From: Candidatus Woesearchaeota archaeon B3_Woes
GTDB taxonomy: Archaea; Nanobdellota; Nanobdellia; Woesearchaeales; B3-WOES
Reading direction: 5' to 3'
Assembly (NCBI GenBank): GCA_005222965.1
Contig: NJBG01000001.1
Location: 960,167-1,000,545 of the forward strand
DNA length: 40,379 bases
Position numbers and translations under genes: made by a program. Below, piece by piece: positions 1 to 9,630 of this stretch (position 1 is its first letter; each line of letters begins with the position of its first letter). Below the pieces are notes generated by a model. The model was not told the DNA's origin. It saw only the letters and a program-made list of their open reading frames with translations, and ran no database searches.

Positions 1-488
1 TTCAAGAAATTGATAAAAGATTAAGAAAAAGAAGAACAAAAAAAGAAGCAAAACTTCTAGATAAACTAAATTCATTAGGATTTACTCCAAAACTAATAGA
101 AGCAGACGAAAATAAAATAATTATGGAGTTTATTGAAGGCAAAACACTAAGAGATTGCCTAACAGAAAAAAACTACAAACAATTAATGAAAGAATTAGGC
201 CAAAAAATAGCAATTTTACATGAAAATAACATTATTCACGGAGATCTAACAACATCTAATTTTATTTTTAACAAACAAATCTATTTTATAGACTTTGGAT
301 TAAGCTTTGAAAGCCATAAAGTAGAAGATAAAGCAGTTGATCTGCATCTATTAAGACAAGCATTAGAATCAAAACACTATAAAATCTGGAAAGAATGTTT
401 TGAAGAAGTATTAAAATCCTATAAAAATAAAGAAGTTATAGAAAGATTAAAACTCGTTGAAACAAGAGGAAGATATAAACATAAATAA
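1..488 (+). CDS. bud32: KEOPS complex kinase Bud32 (5' truncated by window edge)
   Basis: Frame open from position 3 (QEIDKRLRKRRTKKEAKLL...); HGDLTTSN catalytic loop, IDFGL, EDKAVDL and C-terminal RGRY motifs typical of Bud32. Confidence 0.93.
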   Translation, partial: QEIDKRLRKRRTKKEAKLLDKLNSLGFTPKLIEADENKIIMEFIEGKTLRDCLTEKNYKQLMKELGQKIAILHENNIIHGDLTTSNFIFNKQIYFIDFGLSFESHKVEDKAVDLHLLRQALESKHYKIWKECFEEVLKSYKNKEVIERLKLVETRGRYKHK

Positions 489-689
489 AAAACAAAAAAT
501 TTATATATTACCTATCCATTAACATATTTGATACAAATGACAAGAGTTGGTTATATTCATTGTTGCTAAAGATTTTTCTAGTTTTAACTATATAGTTCAT
601 CATCATCAAAATATTCATTTTCTTATTAAATTTCTAAAAGTCATCTGGACTCTAAACAGGGAGAAATACAAAAATGAAAAGCGAGGGTA

Positions 690-1781
690 ATGTACAAGAA
701 AGTACTGATTGTATTCACTGTAATAAGGAAGGCCACATTAGAGAAATCTCTAAACTATCTGGTTTGTCCTTCAGATAAAGCAGATCTTAGATTGAATATT
801 GGTAACTCTGATTTAATATCAGAAGGAGAATTCCAATGTAATGAATGTGGAAGAACATATGAGATTAAAGACGGAGTACCATATTTTTTTGAAAAAGGTA
901 ATGGATCTGAATGGAAAGACAATCTGACCGATAACACAATAATAGAAGATATTGCAGAGACTATTTCTGATAAAGACATTACTTGGTCAAAAATAATTGC
1001 ACTAAGTCCTTTATTCTTAAATAACGTGAAGGATAGAAGAAAAGCAATAGATAAAATATTTGGTATTGTTGGGAAAATAATAAGACTATGCGATGTTAAT
1101 AGTGAAACAGAAGCGTATCTAACTCAAGCAGCAATTGCAGCAAGATACGATATTGAAGTTTATAAAGGCACTTTTAAACTTCCAGAAGAAGCTCTATCAT
1201 ATCTAAAGAATAACTACCGTAAAAGACAGGGTATTATTGTAGAAGGAGCATGCGCTACAGGAGATTGTTTATTGGAATTAGAGGAAACTCTTGATTCTAG
1301 ATTCTATATAGGATTAGATATTTCAGGAACAATGGTAAGAAAAGCGCAACAAAACATAAAGGAAAATGTGTTATTTGTGCAAGGAGATGTTACTTCTTTA
1401 CCTCTAAAAAGAAATTCAGCAGGAATCTATGTTTTGAATAATCTTTTTGATAGAGTTGTTGACCCTCCTAAAACATGTGAGGAAGCCGATCTTATTCTTA
1501 GGTCAGCAAAGCAATCTTTCCTTGTGTTAAGTAATTGTGACCCTCTCCAGTTTGGGTACACAACAGAAAAAGGAGATAAAATTATCTTTGTTCCGGAAAA
1601 TAAGCAGCTTACTCTTGAAGAAGGGTTAGAGAAAGCAGGATTCAATAGGAGAGTCATGGAACAAGGTATGTGGCAAATAGAAACAGCAGCCTATGGGAGA
1701 GAAGCCCTGCCTTATAAATGTTTAGTTGGAAGTAGACCCACATTAGATGAGTTTTGCTTAAGAAATATTGGAGGTATTTAA
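690..1781 (+). CDS. Class I SAM-dependent methyltransferase with N-terminal Trm112-like Zn-finger domain
   Basis: N-terminal LVCPSDKADL...CNECGRTYEIKDGVP (Trm112-like); C-terminal VEGACATG motif I, GLDIS, QGDVTSLP; start codon uncertain. Confidence 0.75.
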   Translation: MYKKVLIVFTVIRKATLEKSLNYLVCPSDKADLRLNIGNSDLISEGEFQCNECGRTYEIKDGVPYFFEKGNGSEWKDNLTDNTIIEDIAETISDKDITWSKIIALSPLFLNNVKDRRKAIDKIFGIVGKIIRLCDVNSETEAYLTQAAIAARYDIEVYKGTFKLPEEALSYLKNNYRKRQGIIVEGACATGDCLLELEETLDSRFYIGLDISGTMVRKAQQNIKENVLFVQGDVTSLPLKRNSAGIYVLNNLFDRVVDPPKTCEEADLILRSAKQSFLVLSNCDPLQFGYTTEKGDKIIFVPENKQLTLEEGLEKAGFNRRVMEQGMWQIETAAYGREALPYKCLVGSRPTLDEFCLRNIGGI

Positions 1782-1783
1782 AA

Positions 1784-2788
1784 ATGACAGCTGTACCAAT
1801 AAATGAAAAAATCCCTGTAATTAATGGATTGAATTTAACAAATGAGGAATTAAAAAAAGCAGAATTAGAAAACAAAATGCTTCTAATAGATATTGAAACA
1901 AGCAATAAATGCAATCTCAATTGCAAATATTGTTTCAGAGATGTTTATGGAACAAAAGAAGCATTAAAGAAAGAACTGGATCTTAATAAAAGATTAAACC
2001 TGATAAAACAGGCAAGAGAGCTTGGCTGTAAAACTATTAAGATTACAGGTGCAGGAGAACCATTTGCTGACCCTGATGTCTGGCCAATGATAGAATATGC
2101 TAATTCATTAGGGATGTGGGTTATGATTTTTACAAACGGTTCTTTGATAGATAAAAACACAGCAAAGAAACTTATAAAGATGGATGTTTCATTAATAGTG
2201 AAATGCAATTCTCTTGATGAAAACAAAGAAGACCAGATGGTAGGTGTAAAAGGATACGCTAAAAAAAGAAATAAAGCAATTGAGTATTTAATCAAAGAAG
2301 GATTTAACAAAACAAATCCAACAAGATTAGGCAGAGATTTAGTGATTACAAACATAAACAAGGAGGAGATATATGATTCATTAAGATGGTGCAGAAAAAA
2401 TAAAGTTTTCCCCTTGTTTAGGCCGCTTATGCCAATTGGAGCAGCAAGAAAATTAACTGATTGGATGTTAAGTAAAGAAGAAACAAAAGAAATGTATGAG
2501 AAAGCAAGAGAAATTGACAACAAAGAGTTTGGATTGAAATATAATCTGACTTTACCTTACATGGGCGGCGTATGGTGCAGGCAACTCCATTATGCTATTT
2601 ATGTTAACATATTGGGTGAAGCTTATGCATGCACTGGTTCAAAAAAGATTCTTGGTAACTTCAAACAACAAAGCCTGAAAGAAATATGGAACAGCGAAGA
2701 AGCAAAAAGAATTCAGAACACACCTTATGATAGTTGTCCATTAAGAGAATCTTATTGGAGAGGAGAAAAGAATTATGATTGTATTTAA
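1784..2788 (+). CDS. Radical SAM protein with C-terminal SPASM/Twitch-like domain
   Basis: CNLNCKYC cluster motif, TGAGEPF, TNGS; C-terminal WCRQL...GEAYAC...LGN...SLKEIW...CP; GGAGGT SD at ~1770 favours ATG 1784 over TTG 1754. Confidence 0.9.
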   Translation: MTAVPINEKIPVINGLNLTNEELKKAELENKMLLIDIETSNKCNLNCKYCFRDVYGTKEALKKELDLNKRLNLIKQARELGCKTIKITGAGEPFADPDVWPMIEYANSLGMWVMIFTNGSLIDKNTAKKLIKMDVSLIVKCNSLDENKEDQMVGVKGYAKKRNKAIEYLIKEGFNKTNPTRLGRDLVITNINKEEIYDSLRWCRKNKVFPLFRPLMPIGAARKLTDWMLSKEETKEMYEKAREIDNKEFGLKYNLTLPYMGGVWCRQLHYAIYVNILGEAYACTGSKKILGNFKQQSLKEIWNSEEAKRIQNTPYDSCPLRESYWRGEKNYDCI

Positions 2789-2860
2789 CTATTATTAAAC
2801 AAAGTTTTATGTTCAATTGAAGGAAATTTGTCAAAAACGTAGATACAAACATAAATAAAA

Positions 2861-3424
2861 TTAAATCTCAGAAATAGCTTCTTTAAATAACTCTTCAATC
2901 TTTTTATCCTTAAATTTTATTTGCTTAACTAATTCCTTTGCTTTCTCAGATATTCTTTTATACATAAATTGAATTTTCTCTTTTGTTCTTTCCATGCCAT
3001 ATCTTTTAAAATAATGAGGAATATTATAATCAAAATATGCAAGACTATCTGCCTCCATTAAAATAGTTTCTTCTTCATTTCCTCCTTCTTCATGAACTTC
3101 GATAAGACGTTTAACTTTCTCAACAGTTTCTTTGTTATAATCATATTTCTTCATTAAATCACTTGTTATTTTTGCAGATCTTATTGCATGTTCTTTTTTA
3201 AACTCATGAATTTTTGAATAATCTTTCAAATCTTTTTCAGTTATTCCAGTGATAGCTCTCTCTATATCATGAGCTAAAGCAGCAATTTTTAATGCTTCAT
3301 CAGAATCTGGTTTTAATTTAAGAACCCATTTTAATGTTAATTCAGAATGTATTGGATCAAAAACAAGAGGAGATTTAACTATTATTTCTTTAATTTCTTT
3401 TTTAACTAAATCAAATTTACTCAT
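2861..3424 (-). CDS. HD-domain protein (DUF4202-like)
   Basis: H...ALAHDIER...HA...HE...EADSL pattern; ATGA overlap with dnaJ stop. Confidence 0.75.
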   Translation of the reverse strand: MSKFDLVKKEIKEIIVKSPLVFDPIHSELTLKWVLKLKPDSDEALKIAALAHDIERAITGITEKDLKDYSKIHEFKKEHAIRSAKITSDLMKKYDYNKETVEKVKRLIEVHEEGGNEEETILMEADSLAYFDYNIPHYFKRYGMERTKEKIQFMYKRISEKAKELVKQIKFKDKKIEELFKEAISEI

Positions 3425-4506
3425 TTAAAAACCTTCTTAAACAAACTTTTATCCTTATCGGTTTTTTCAAACTCTTTTAACAAATCCTTTTGTTTCTTTG
3501 TTAATTTCTCAGGAACCTGAACAATTACTCTTATGTTTTGATCCCCATGACCATGACCATTGAGATGAGGCATTCCTTTTCCTCTCATTCTAAACAAAGT
3601 ATGTGTCTGAGTTCCAGCAGGAATTTTTAGTTTTGCCCTGCCATCTAAAGTTGGAACTTCTATTTCAGTACCTAACGAAGCCTGAGTAAAGCTTATTGGA
3701 ACTTCAAGATTTAAATCATCATCCTCTCTTTCAAATATTTTATGTGGTTTTATATTTAATTCAACATAAAGATTTCCAGATGGTCCTCCTCTTCTGCCAG
3801 CTTCTCCTTCTCCAGAAATTCTTAATCTTAAACCATCACTAGTGCCTTTAGGAATATCTACATCAATGTTTCTTGTTTTTTTAACTACACCAGTTCCATC
3901 ACAAACAGAACACTCTTCTTTAATATATTTACCTTCTCCTCCACACTTTCTACAATGAGCTGTTTGAGAAAAATAACCAAAAGGCGTTCTCCTTTCTTGT
4001 CTTACATAACCACTTCCATGACAATCAGGACAATTTACAACATCAGATTTAGATTTAGCTCCACTTCCATCACATTTTTCACATTTTTCAAGCCTTGGAA
4101 TAACTATTGTTTTTGTAGCACCAAAAGCAGCATCTTCTAAATCAATCTCTAATTCATATAAGAGATTGTTTCCGCTTTCAGGTTCACGCCTCCTTCCTCT
4201 TGATCTCCCACCACCAAAAAACTGATTCAATATATCTTCAAAACCAAAATTTGCAAAATCACTAGGATTAAAACCACCACCATTAAATCCATTTGCAGCT
4301 GTTCCAAACTGATCATACTGTTGACGTTTATTATCATCCCCTAATACAGAAGCAGCCTCATTTAATTCTTTAAATTTTTCAGAAGAACCATCGCTCTTAT
4401 TTACATCAGGATGATATTTCTTAGCTAGTTTTTTATAGGCACTTTTAATCTCATCTTTTGTAGCACTTTTACTAACTCCTAATATTTTATAATAATCCTT
4501 TGTCAT
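3421..4506 (-). CDS. dnaJ: Chaperone DnaJ
   Basis: J-domain with HPD, G/F region, four CxxCxGxG repeats. Confidence 0.98.
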   Translation of the reverse strand: MTKDYYKILGVSKSATKDEIKSAYKKLAKKYHPDVNKSDGSSEKFKELNEAASVLGDDNKRQQYDQFGTAANGFNGGGFNPSDFANFGFEDILNQFFGGGRSRGRRREPESGNNLLYELEIDLEDAAFGATKTIVIPRLEKCEKCDGSGAKSKSDVVNCPDCHGSGYVRQERRTPFGYFSQTAHCRKCGGEGKYIKEECSVCDGTGVVKKTRNIDVDIPKGTSDGLRLRISGEGEAGRRGGPSGNLYVELNIKPHKIFEREDDDLNLEVPISFTQASLGTEIEVPTLDGRAKLKIPAGTQTHTLFRMRGKGMPHLNGHGHGDQNIRVIVQVPEKLTKKQKDLLKEFEKTDKDKSLFKKVFK

Positions 4507-4528
4507 TTTAAATTAAAAAGAAAAAAAA

Positions 4529-6430
4529 TTATTTCTTCTTCTTATCTTTTTCTTCTTCTACTTTGTAATCAGCATCAACTACTTTCTCATCTTTCTTGTC
4601 ATCTTTTCCCTTTTCCTGTTGTTTTGCAGCTTGTTCCTGAGCAACTTTCTGATACATTTCTGTTGACATCTTCTGAACAATCTCATTAACTTCTTCCATT
4701 TTCTTTTTTATTACTGCTGAATCTTTCTTCTCAGGTTTAAGAAGTTCTTTTAATTCCATTATTTTCCCTTTGACTTCTTCTAATTCTTTTTTATCAACTT
4801 TCCCTTCAAAATCCTTAAACATCTTTTCACTAGAAAATACCAAAGCATCTGCCTGATTAATTACTTCAACTTCTTCTTTTCTTTTCTTGTCTTCTTCTGC
4901 ATGCTCTTCTGCATCTTTCTTCATCTTTTCAATATCTTCATCATTTAGTTTTTGTGATGCTGTAATTTGGATTTTTTGTTCTTTTCCAGTTCCCATATCT
5001 TTTGCAGATACATGTATAATTCCATTTGCATCAATATCAAATGTAACCTCTATTTGAGGTATACCTCTTGGTGCAGGTGGAATTCCTACTAAATCAAATC
5101 TACCCAAGCTTTTATTATCTGCAGCCATCGGACGCTCCCCTTGTAAAACATTTATAGTTACTGCTGGCTGATTATCTGCAGCTGTTGAAAATGTCTGGCT
5201 TTTTTTAGATGGAATAGTTGTATTCCTTGCAATAAGTTCTGTTCTAACTCCTCCTAAAGTTTCAATACCTAAAGTTAGAGGTGTAACATCTAATAATAAG
5301 ATATCTTTAACCTCTCCTGCTAGTATTCCTGCCTGGATTGCTGCTCCATTAGCAACACACTCCATAGGATCTACTCCTCTTTCAGCCTTTTTTCCAACAA
5401 AATCTTCTACAAATTTCTTTACAATAGGCATTCTTGTAGGACCACCAACTAAGATTATCTTGTCTATATCACTTGAACTTAATTTAGAATCTTTCAAAGC
5501 TTGTTCTAAAGGATGTTTGCATTTTTCAACAAGATCTCCAACTAAATTTTCTAATTTAGCTCTTGAAATTTTCATTGTTAAATGTTTAGGTGTTCCATCC
5601 TTCTCAGCAACAAAAGGCAGATTAATATCTGTTTCAGTTGTATTTGACAATTCAATTTTTGCTTTTTCAGCAGCCTCTCTAATACGCTGCATAGCAGTTG
5701 GATCATCACCTACATCAATACCTTCTTTTTTCTTGAATTCTTCTATAATATGATTCATTAAGGTATTATCCATATCTGTTCCACCTAATTGTGTATCTCC
5801 TGAAGTAGATTTAACCTCAAATACACCATCTCCAAACTCCATTACTGTAACATCTAATGTTCCGCCACCAAAATCAAAAACTAATATTTTAATTTCTTTT
5901 TCTGACTTATCTAATCCATAAGCCATAGAAGCAGAAGTAGGTTCATTTACTAGTCTAACAACATCTAATCCAGCAATTGTTCCTGCATCTTTTGTTGCCT
6001 GTCTTTGATCATCATCAAAATAAGCAGGTACAGTAATAACTGCCTTTTTTATTGGCTCCCCAACAAATTCTTCTGCATCTTTCTTTATCTTTTGTAAAAG
6101 AAAAGCAGATATTTGCTGAGGTGTATACTCTTTATCATTAATCTTGTATTTATGTTTTGTACCAATCTTTCTTTTTGCAGCAGTTATTGTTCTTTCAGGA
6201 TTAGAAACAGCCTGTCTTCTTGCAGGTTCTCCAACCAACTTCTGATTGTCTTCAGTAAAAGCCACAACAGACGGAAATGCTTTTCCATACTGTGTTATTC
6301 CTTCTGCAGATGGAATTATTGTAGGTTTCCCTGCTTGCAAAATAGCTGCAGCAGAATTACTTGTCCCTAAATCAATTCCAATTATCTTCTCTTTTTTTGT
6401 AGATTTTTCTTTTTTATCATCATTTGTCAT
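4529..6430 (-). CDS. dnaK: Chaperone DnaK (Hsp70)
   Basis: [31 protein letters not shown] signatures. Confidence 0.99.
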   Translation of the reverse strand: MTNDDKKEKSTKKEKIIGIDLGTSNSAAAILQAGKPTIIPSAEGITQYGKAFPSVVAFTEDNQKLVGEPARRQAVSNPERTITAAKRKIGTKHKYKINDKEYTPQQISAFLLQKIKKDAEEFVGEPIKKAVITVPAYFDDDQRQATKDAGTIAGLDVVRLVNEPTSASMAYGLDKSEKEIKILVFDFGGGTLDVTVMEFGDGVFEVKSTSGDTQLGGTDMDNTLMNHIIEEFKKKEGIDVGDDPTAMQRIREAAEKAKIELSNTTETDINLPFVAEKDGTPKHLTMKISRAKLENLVGDLVEKCKHPLEQALKDSKLSSSDIDKIILVGGPTRMPIVKKFVEDFVGKKAERGVDPMECVANGAAIQAGILAGEVKDILLLDVTPLTLGIETLGGVRTELIARNTTIPSKKSQTFSTAADNQPAVTINVLQGERPMAADNKSLGRFDLVGIPPAPRGIPQIEVTFDIDANGIIHVSAKDMGTGKEQKIQITASQKLNDEDIEKMKKDAEEHAEEDKKRKEEVEVINQADALVFSSEKMFKDFEGKVDKKELEEVKGKIMELKELLKPEKKDSAVIKKKMEEVNEIVQKMSTEMYQKVAQEQAAKQQEKGKDDKKDEKVVDADYKVEEEKDKKKK

Positions 6431-6743
6431 TTTCTTTTTCCCCCAAAACCGATTTTCTTAGTATTTTAACATCTTCATCCTTTAAAATTGGTTTTCCTTT
6501 TTTCATATTTTGAGCATAACTCACTATTTCAACAACCTCAAAAAGTTTTTTGAGCTTATTTAAGTTAAAATTATCATATTCTTTTATTGAAGCTAACGCC
6601 TGATAAACATCATAATCAGATGTAACTAAATCAATCTCACTTGATTTACATGTAATCAAAGTATCTGTTTCATCATCATCTGTAATCAGATACTTCAAAA
6701 TCTTCTCAGCTTTGATAAAGTATTTCTGTTTTTGTTGTGCCAT
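6420..6743 (-). CDS. Hypothetical protein (possible degenerate PIN-like fold) in chaperone operon
   Basis: 107-aa ORF overlapping dnaK start, tightly packed in operon; fold guess is weak. Confidence 0.55.
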   Translation of the reverse strand: MAQQKQKYFIKAEKILKYLITDDDETDTLITCKSSEIDLVTSDYDVYQALASIKEYDNFNLNKLKKLFEVVEIVSYAQNMKKGKPILKDEDVKILRKSVLGEKENDK

Positions 6744-6744
6744 T

Positions 6745-7110
6745 TTACCCTAAATAAGATGGAGTTGTCGCTTTTCCACTACCTTTCTTTGGTTTTTTGT
6801 TTCTCTTTTCTATGATTTTCAATTGTTTTGGCTTTTCTATCTTACCAAACTCTTTCTCATAATTTTTAATAACTTCTCCTAACAACTCATAAAACTTTTT
6901 TGTATGATACACATCAAACATTACAATATTATGCTTTAGATTAATTACAGTGTTTTCTTTTGATCTTGGATCAACTCTCGGTGTTATACACTTAAAATCA
7001 AAGATAAACTGCATTGGATTAAAATTAATTGATGCTTCATGTGCAAAAAAATCAGGTGCTAAATCACCTATATTCATATTTATTTTTTGTTTTTCCATTT
7101 TTACCCCCAA
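6745..7110 (-). CDS. Hypothetical protein (DUF3467-like)
   Basis: FFAHEASINFNPMQFIFDF...HTKKF...YEKEFGKI pattern resembles DUF3467; start may be the second Met. Confidence 0.6.
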   Translation of the reverse strand: MGVKMEKQKINMNIGDLAPDFFAHEASINFNPMQFIFDFKCITPRVDPRSKENTVINLKHNIVMFDVYHTKKFYELLGEVIKNYEKEFGKIEKPKQLKIIEKRNKKPKKGSGKATTPSYLG

Positions 7111-7111
7111 A

Positions 7112-7648
7112 TTACTTTAATATTTCATAATTTAGTATTTTATTTAATAGTTTTTTATCAGGAACTAATTCCTCTAATCTGCCTCCTGGTATAGTAGGAT
7201 GTGTTTTTAGATAGGTAGCCCACTGCCTTACACTTTCTGGATCATTTTTATTAACAAAATAATTCAATGTAAACCAAAGATGGATTGCTTCTCCATGTTT
7301 GTCACAATTACCAACCTTACAATGCAATGGTTTTACTTCCTGAATTGTACATCCTTGCTTTTCATCATGAAATACACACTCACCATATGGTTTGTCTTTA
7401 TCTTTTTTTATTAGCTTAGGCCTCATCAGCTTTGTATTAAATTTCTCACCTTCTTCTAAAAATTGTTTTTTTAATTTTTTCTCACGTACTCCCAAAAACT
7501 TTGCAATCTTTTTTGCATCGTCTTCAACCAAATAACCAGAACTATATTTGCAGCAATGACTGCACCTTTGACAATTTCCTGTTAAATCTAAAATATCTTT
7601 TAAAGGTGTTTTTGCGCTTACTTCAACATTTGGTAGCTCTTTTGTCAT
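7112..7648 (-). CDS. YkgJ family CxxCxxCC cysteine-cluster protein
   Basis: CQRCSHCC, CVF...GCTIQEVKPLHC; purine-rich SD before ATG 7648. Confidence 0.85.
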   Translation of the reverse strand: MTKELPNVEVSAKTPLKDILDLTGNCQRCSHCCKYSSGYLVEDDAKKIAKFLGVREKKLKKQFLEEGEKFNTKLMRPKLIKKDKDKPYGECVFHDEKQGCTIQEVKPLHCKVGNCDKHGEAIHLWFTLNYFVNKNDPESVRQWATYLKTHPTIPGGRLEELVPDKKLLNKILNYEILK

Positions 7649-8108
7649 GTTTATCATCCCCGCCTTTTGGACTTTTTTTTGAAATTTTAACTTTAGTATG
7701 CCTTATAACCTTATCATCTAGCATATATCCTTTCTGGAGCTCTTCTAATATCACTCCATCTTCTTTATTAGATTCCTGGGTTATTAAAACTTCGTGTTTG
7801 TATGGATCAAATCTACATCCTTCAATATTTATTTTCCTTAACCCCATATCTTCTAAAGTTTGAAAAAGCTGGGAATATATCAGCTCAACACCCTTTATGA
7901 ATTCTTCTTTATTGTCTGTATTTTTTAATGATAATTCAAAACTATCTAAAACACTTAGTAATTTAGTTATTAATTCAGCCTTAGCATATTTATTTATTTC
8001 ACTATTCTGGCTTTCAACTCTTTTTTTATAGTTTTCAAAATCAGCTTGTAATCTTTGAATTGTCTCAGTCAATTCTTTCTTTGTTTCATGTTTTTTTGAA
8101 TCTTTCAT
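7623..8108 (-). CDS. grpE: Nucleotide exchange factor GrpE
   Basis: RLQADFENYKKR, FDPYKHE, QKGYMLDDKVIRHTKVKI; start 8108 or 8138. Confidence 0.95.
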   Translation of the reverse strand: MKDSKKHETKKELTETIQRLQADFENYKKRVESQNSEINKYAKAELITKLLSVLDSFELSLKNTDNKEEFIKGVELIYSQLFQTLEDMGLRKINIEGCRFDPYKHEVLITQESNKEDGVILEELQKGYMLDDKVIRHTKVKISKKSPKGGDDKHDKRATKC

Positions 8109-8118
8109 TTTACATCTT

Positions 8119-8135
8119 GTTGATTTAAAATCAAC
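8119..8135. promoter_or_regulatory. Perfect 17-bp palindrome GTTGATTT-A-AAATCAAC, candidate operator of the grpE-dnaK-dnaJ operon
   Basis: Lies between the minus-strand TATA box (~8163-8170) and the probable grpE start at 8108. Confidence 0.5.
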
Positions 8136-8214
8136 CATACTAATCTAAGATAGTGCAGGTTATATTTAAATGTTTCGGAAAAGGTTTATAAATACTAAAG
8201 TTTATTACTATTTT

Positions 8215-8622
8215 ATGATAATCAGACATCAAAAAATTACTATTGTCAATGTTAGAAAACCAGTTCAGAGAAACATTAACTATGAGCTTCAATGGCTTGG
8301 TACTTCATTAGGTTTATTTAATCTAAGAGATAAGGACAAGAGCTGTTTTAGAATATTTCTTGAATTACTAAAAGCCGCAAAATCAAAAAAACCATTGACA
8401 TCAGACGAAATAGCATCACATCTTCAATTAAGCAGAGGAACAGTAATACATCATATAAACAAGCTGATGGAAGCAGGATTAGTTATTAATGAGAAAAACA
8501 AATACATGTTAAGGGTAGATAACCTAAAAATGCTTATTTCTGAAGTAGAAAAAGACATTCAAAGAACATTAGGAGACTTAAAAGAAGTAGCTTCTGATAT
8601 AGACGAATGGATGGGTTTATAA
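8215..8622 (+). CDS. Winged-helix (ArsR-like) transcriptional regulator
   Basis: LTSDEIASHLQLSRGTVIHHINKLMEAGLV HTH; divergent from grpE; TATA at ~8185 favours ATG 8215. Confidence 0.8.
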   Translation: MIIRHQKITIVNVRKPVQRNINYELQWLGTSLGLFNLRDKDKSCFRIFLELLKAAKSKKPLTSDEIASHLQLSRGTVIHHINKLMEAGLVINEKNKYMLRVDNLKMLISEVEKDIQRTLGDLKEVASDIDEWMGL

Positions 8623-8737
8623 TCTATTTATCCAACCTCTATACAAAAATTTATAAATGATGGTTGCTTTTTCTCCATTTCAAAGAGCAGTAATTTCTCT
8701 TTTAATTCAATAAAAAAGGCGATAGGAGATAGAATAA

Positions 8738-9589
8738 ATGCCATCACAAAGACAATTAAGACGAACTTTAGAAGAAGACATAAATGGAATTAGTAATCTC
8801 TCTATTAATATTTCAAGAAACCAGCATAAACATCAAACACAATTTCTCAAAGAAATTGTTAATATCCTCATGGATGCAAATCCTGAATTAGACATAGATA
8901 AAATAAAAAAAAGCGTACACTTCTCAAATCTACATCATTTTAGAAAATACAGAGACAGCGGGCATCCAGCTGTTAGCCATGATTATCATGTTGGTTATAT
9001 TCTAGCATATTGGGGTTTAGGGGATGATGCTGTAATAACAGGACTTAGTCATGACCTTATAGAAGATAGTGAAGAGAAAAACATCCCCTATCATCAAAAC
9101 AAAAAAAGGAGATTAAATATTATAGACCAAATTAATAGAAATTTTGGGAGTAGTGTTCTTCTTGGAGTATTGGCTCTATCAAAACCCCCTGATTCTCGAC
9201 TTATGGATATTACACAAAAAATAGATGAGATAATTGAACAAACTTACGATATAAAAGCCATTCGTGAAGAATTGAATTCATTAAATCAGACATACTCCAA
9301 AATAGAATCAAAAGAAATAGATAGAATATTATATCAACAACTTGAAGAATTTAAAACTATGTACCCAAACATAGATTTTTTTAACCACGCAAGAGTTGCT
9401 GATAATATTGCAAATTTATTAACAAAACAATATATGAGACCAAATAATGGAATGACAGCAGAACAACGTCAACAAAGGTTTTGTGAAACCTCTGAACAAT
9501 ATGTGTTGCCATTAGCAAGAGAGATTGATCAAGAAGGAACAATTGAAATGCGTATTGCACCATATATAAGAGAGCTTATAACAAAGTAA
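8738..9589 (+). CDS. HD-domain protein resembling RelA/SpoT hydrolase domain (small alarmone hydrolase/Mesh1-like)
   Basis: H..KYRDSGHPAVSH..HVGYIL...GLSHDLIEDS and ADNIANL parallel RSH HD motifs (R.SGEPY..H, LHD..ED, ADRLHN). Confidence 0.65.
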   Translation: MPSQRQLRRTLEEDINGISNLSINISRNQHKHQTQFLKEIVNILMDANPELDIDKIKKSVHFSNLHHFRKYRDSGHPAVSHDYHVGYILAYWGLGDDAVITGLSHDLIEDSEEKNIPYHQNKKRRLNIIDQINRNFGSSVLLGVLALSKPPDSRLMDITQKIDEIIEQTYDIKAIREELNSLNQTYSKIESKEIDRILYQQLEEFKTMYPNIDFFNHARVADNIANLLTKQYMRPNNGMTAEQRQQRFCETSEQYVLPLAREIDQEGTIEMRIAPYIRELITK

Positions 9590-9630
9590 ATAGAAACCTA
9601 TTTAAACATAAATCCTAATTCTATACTAAG

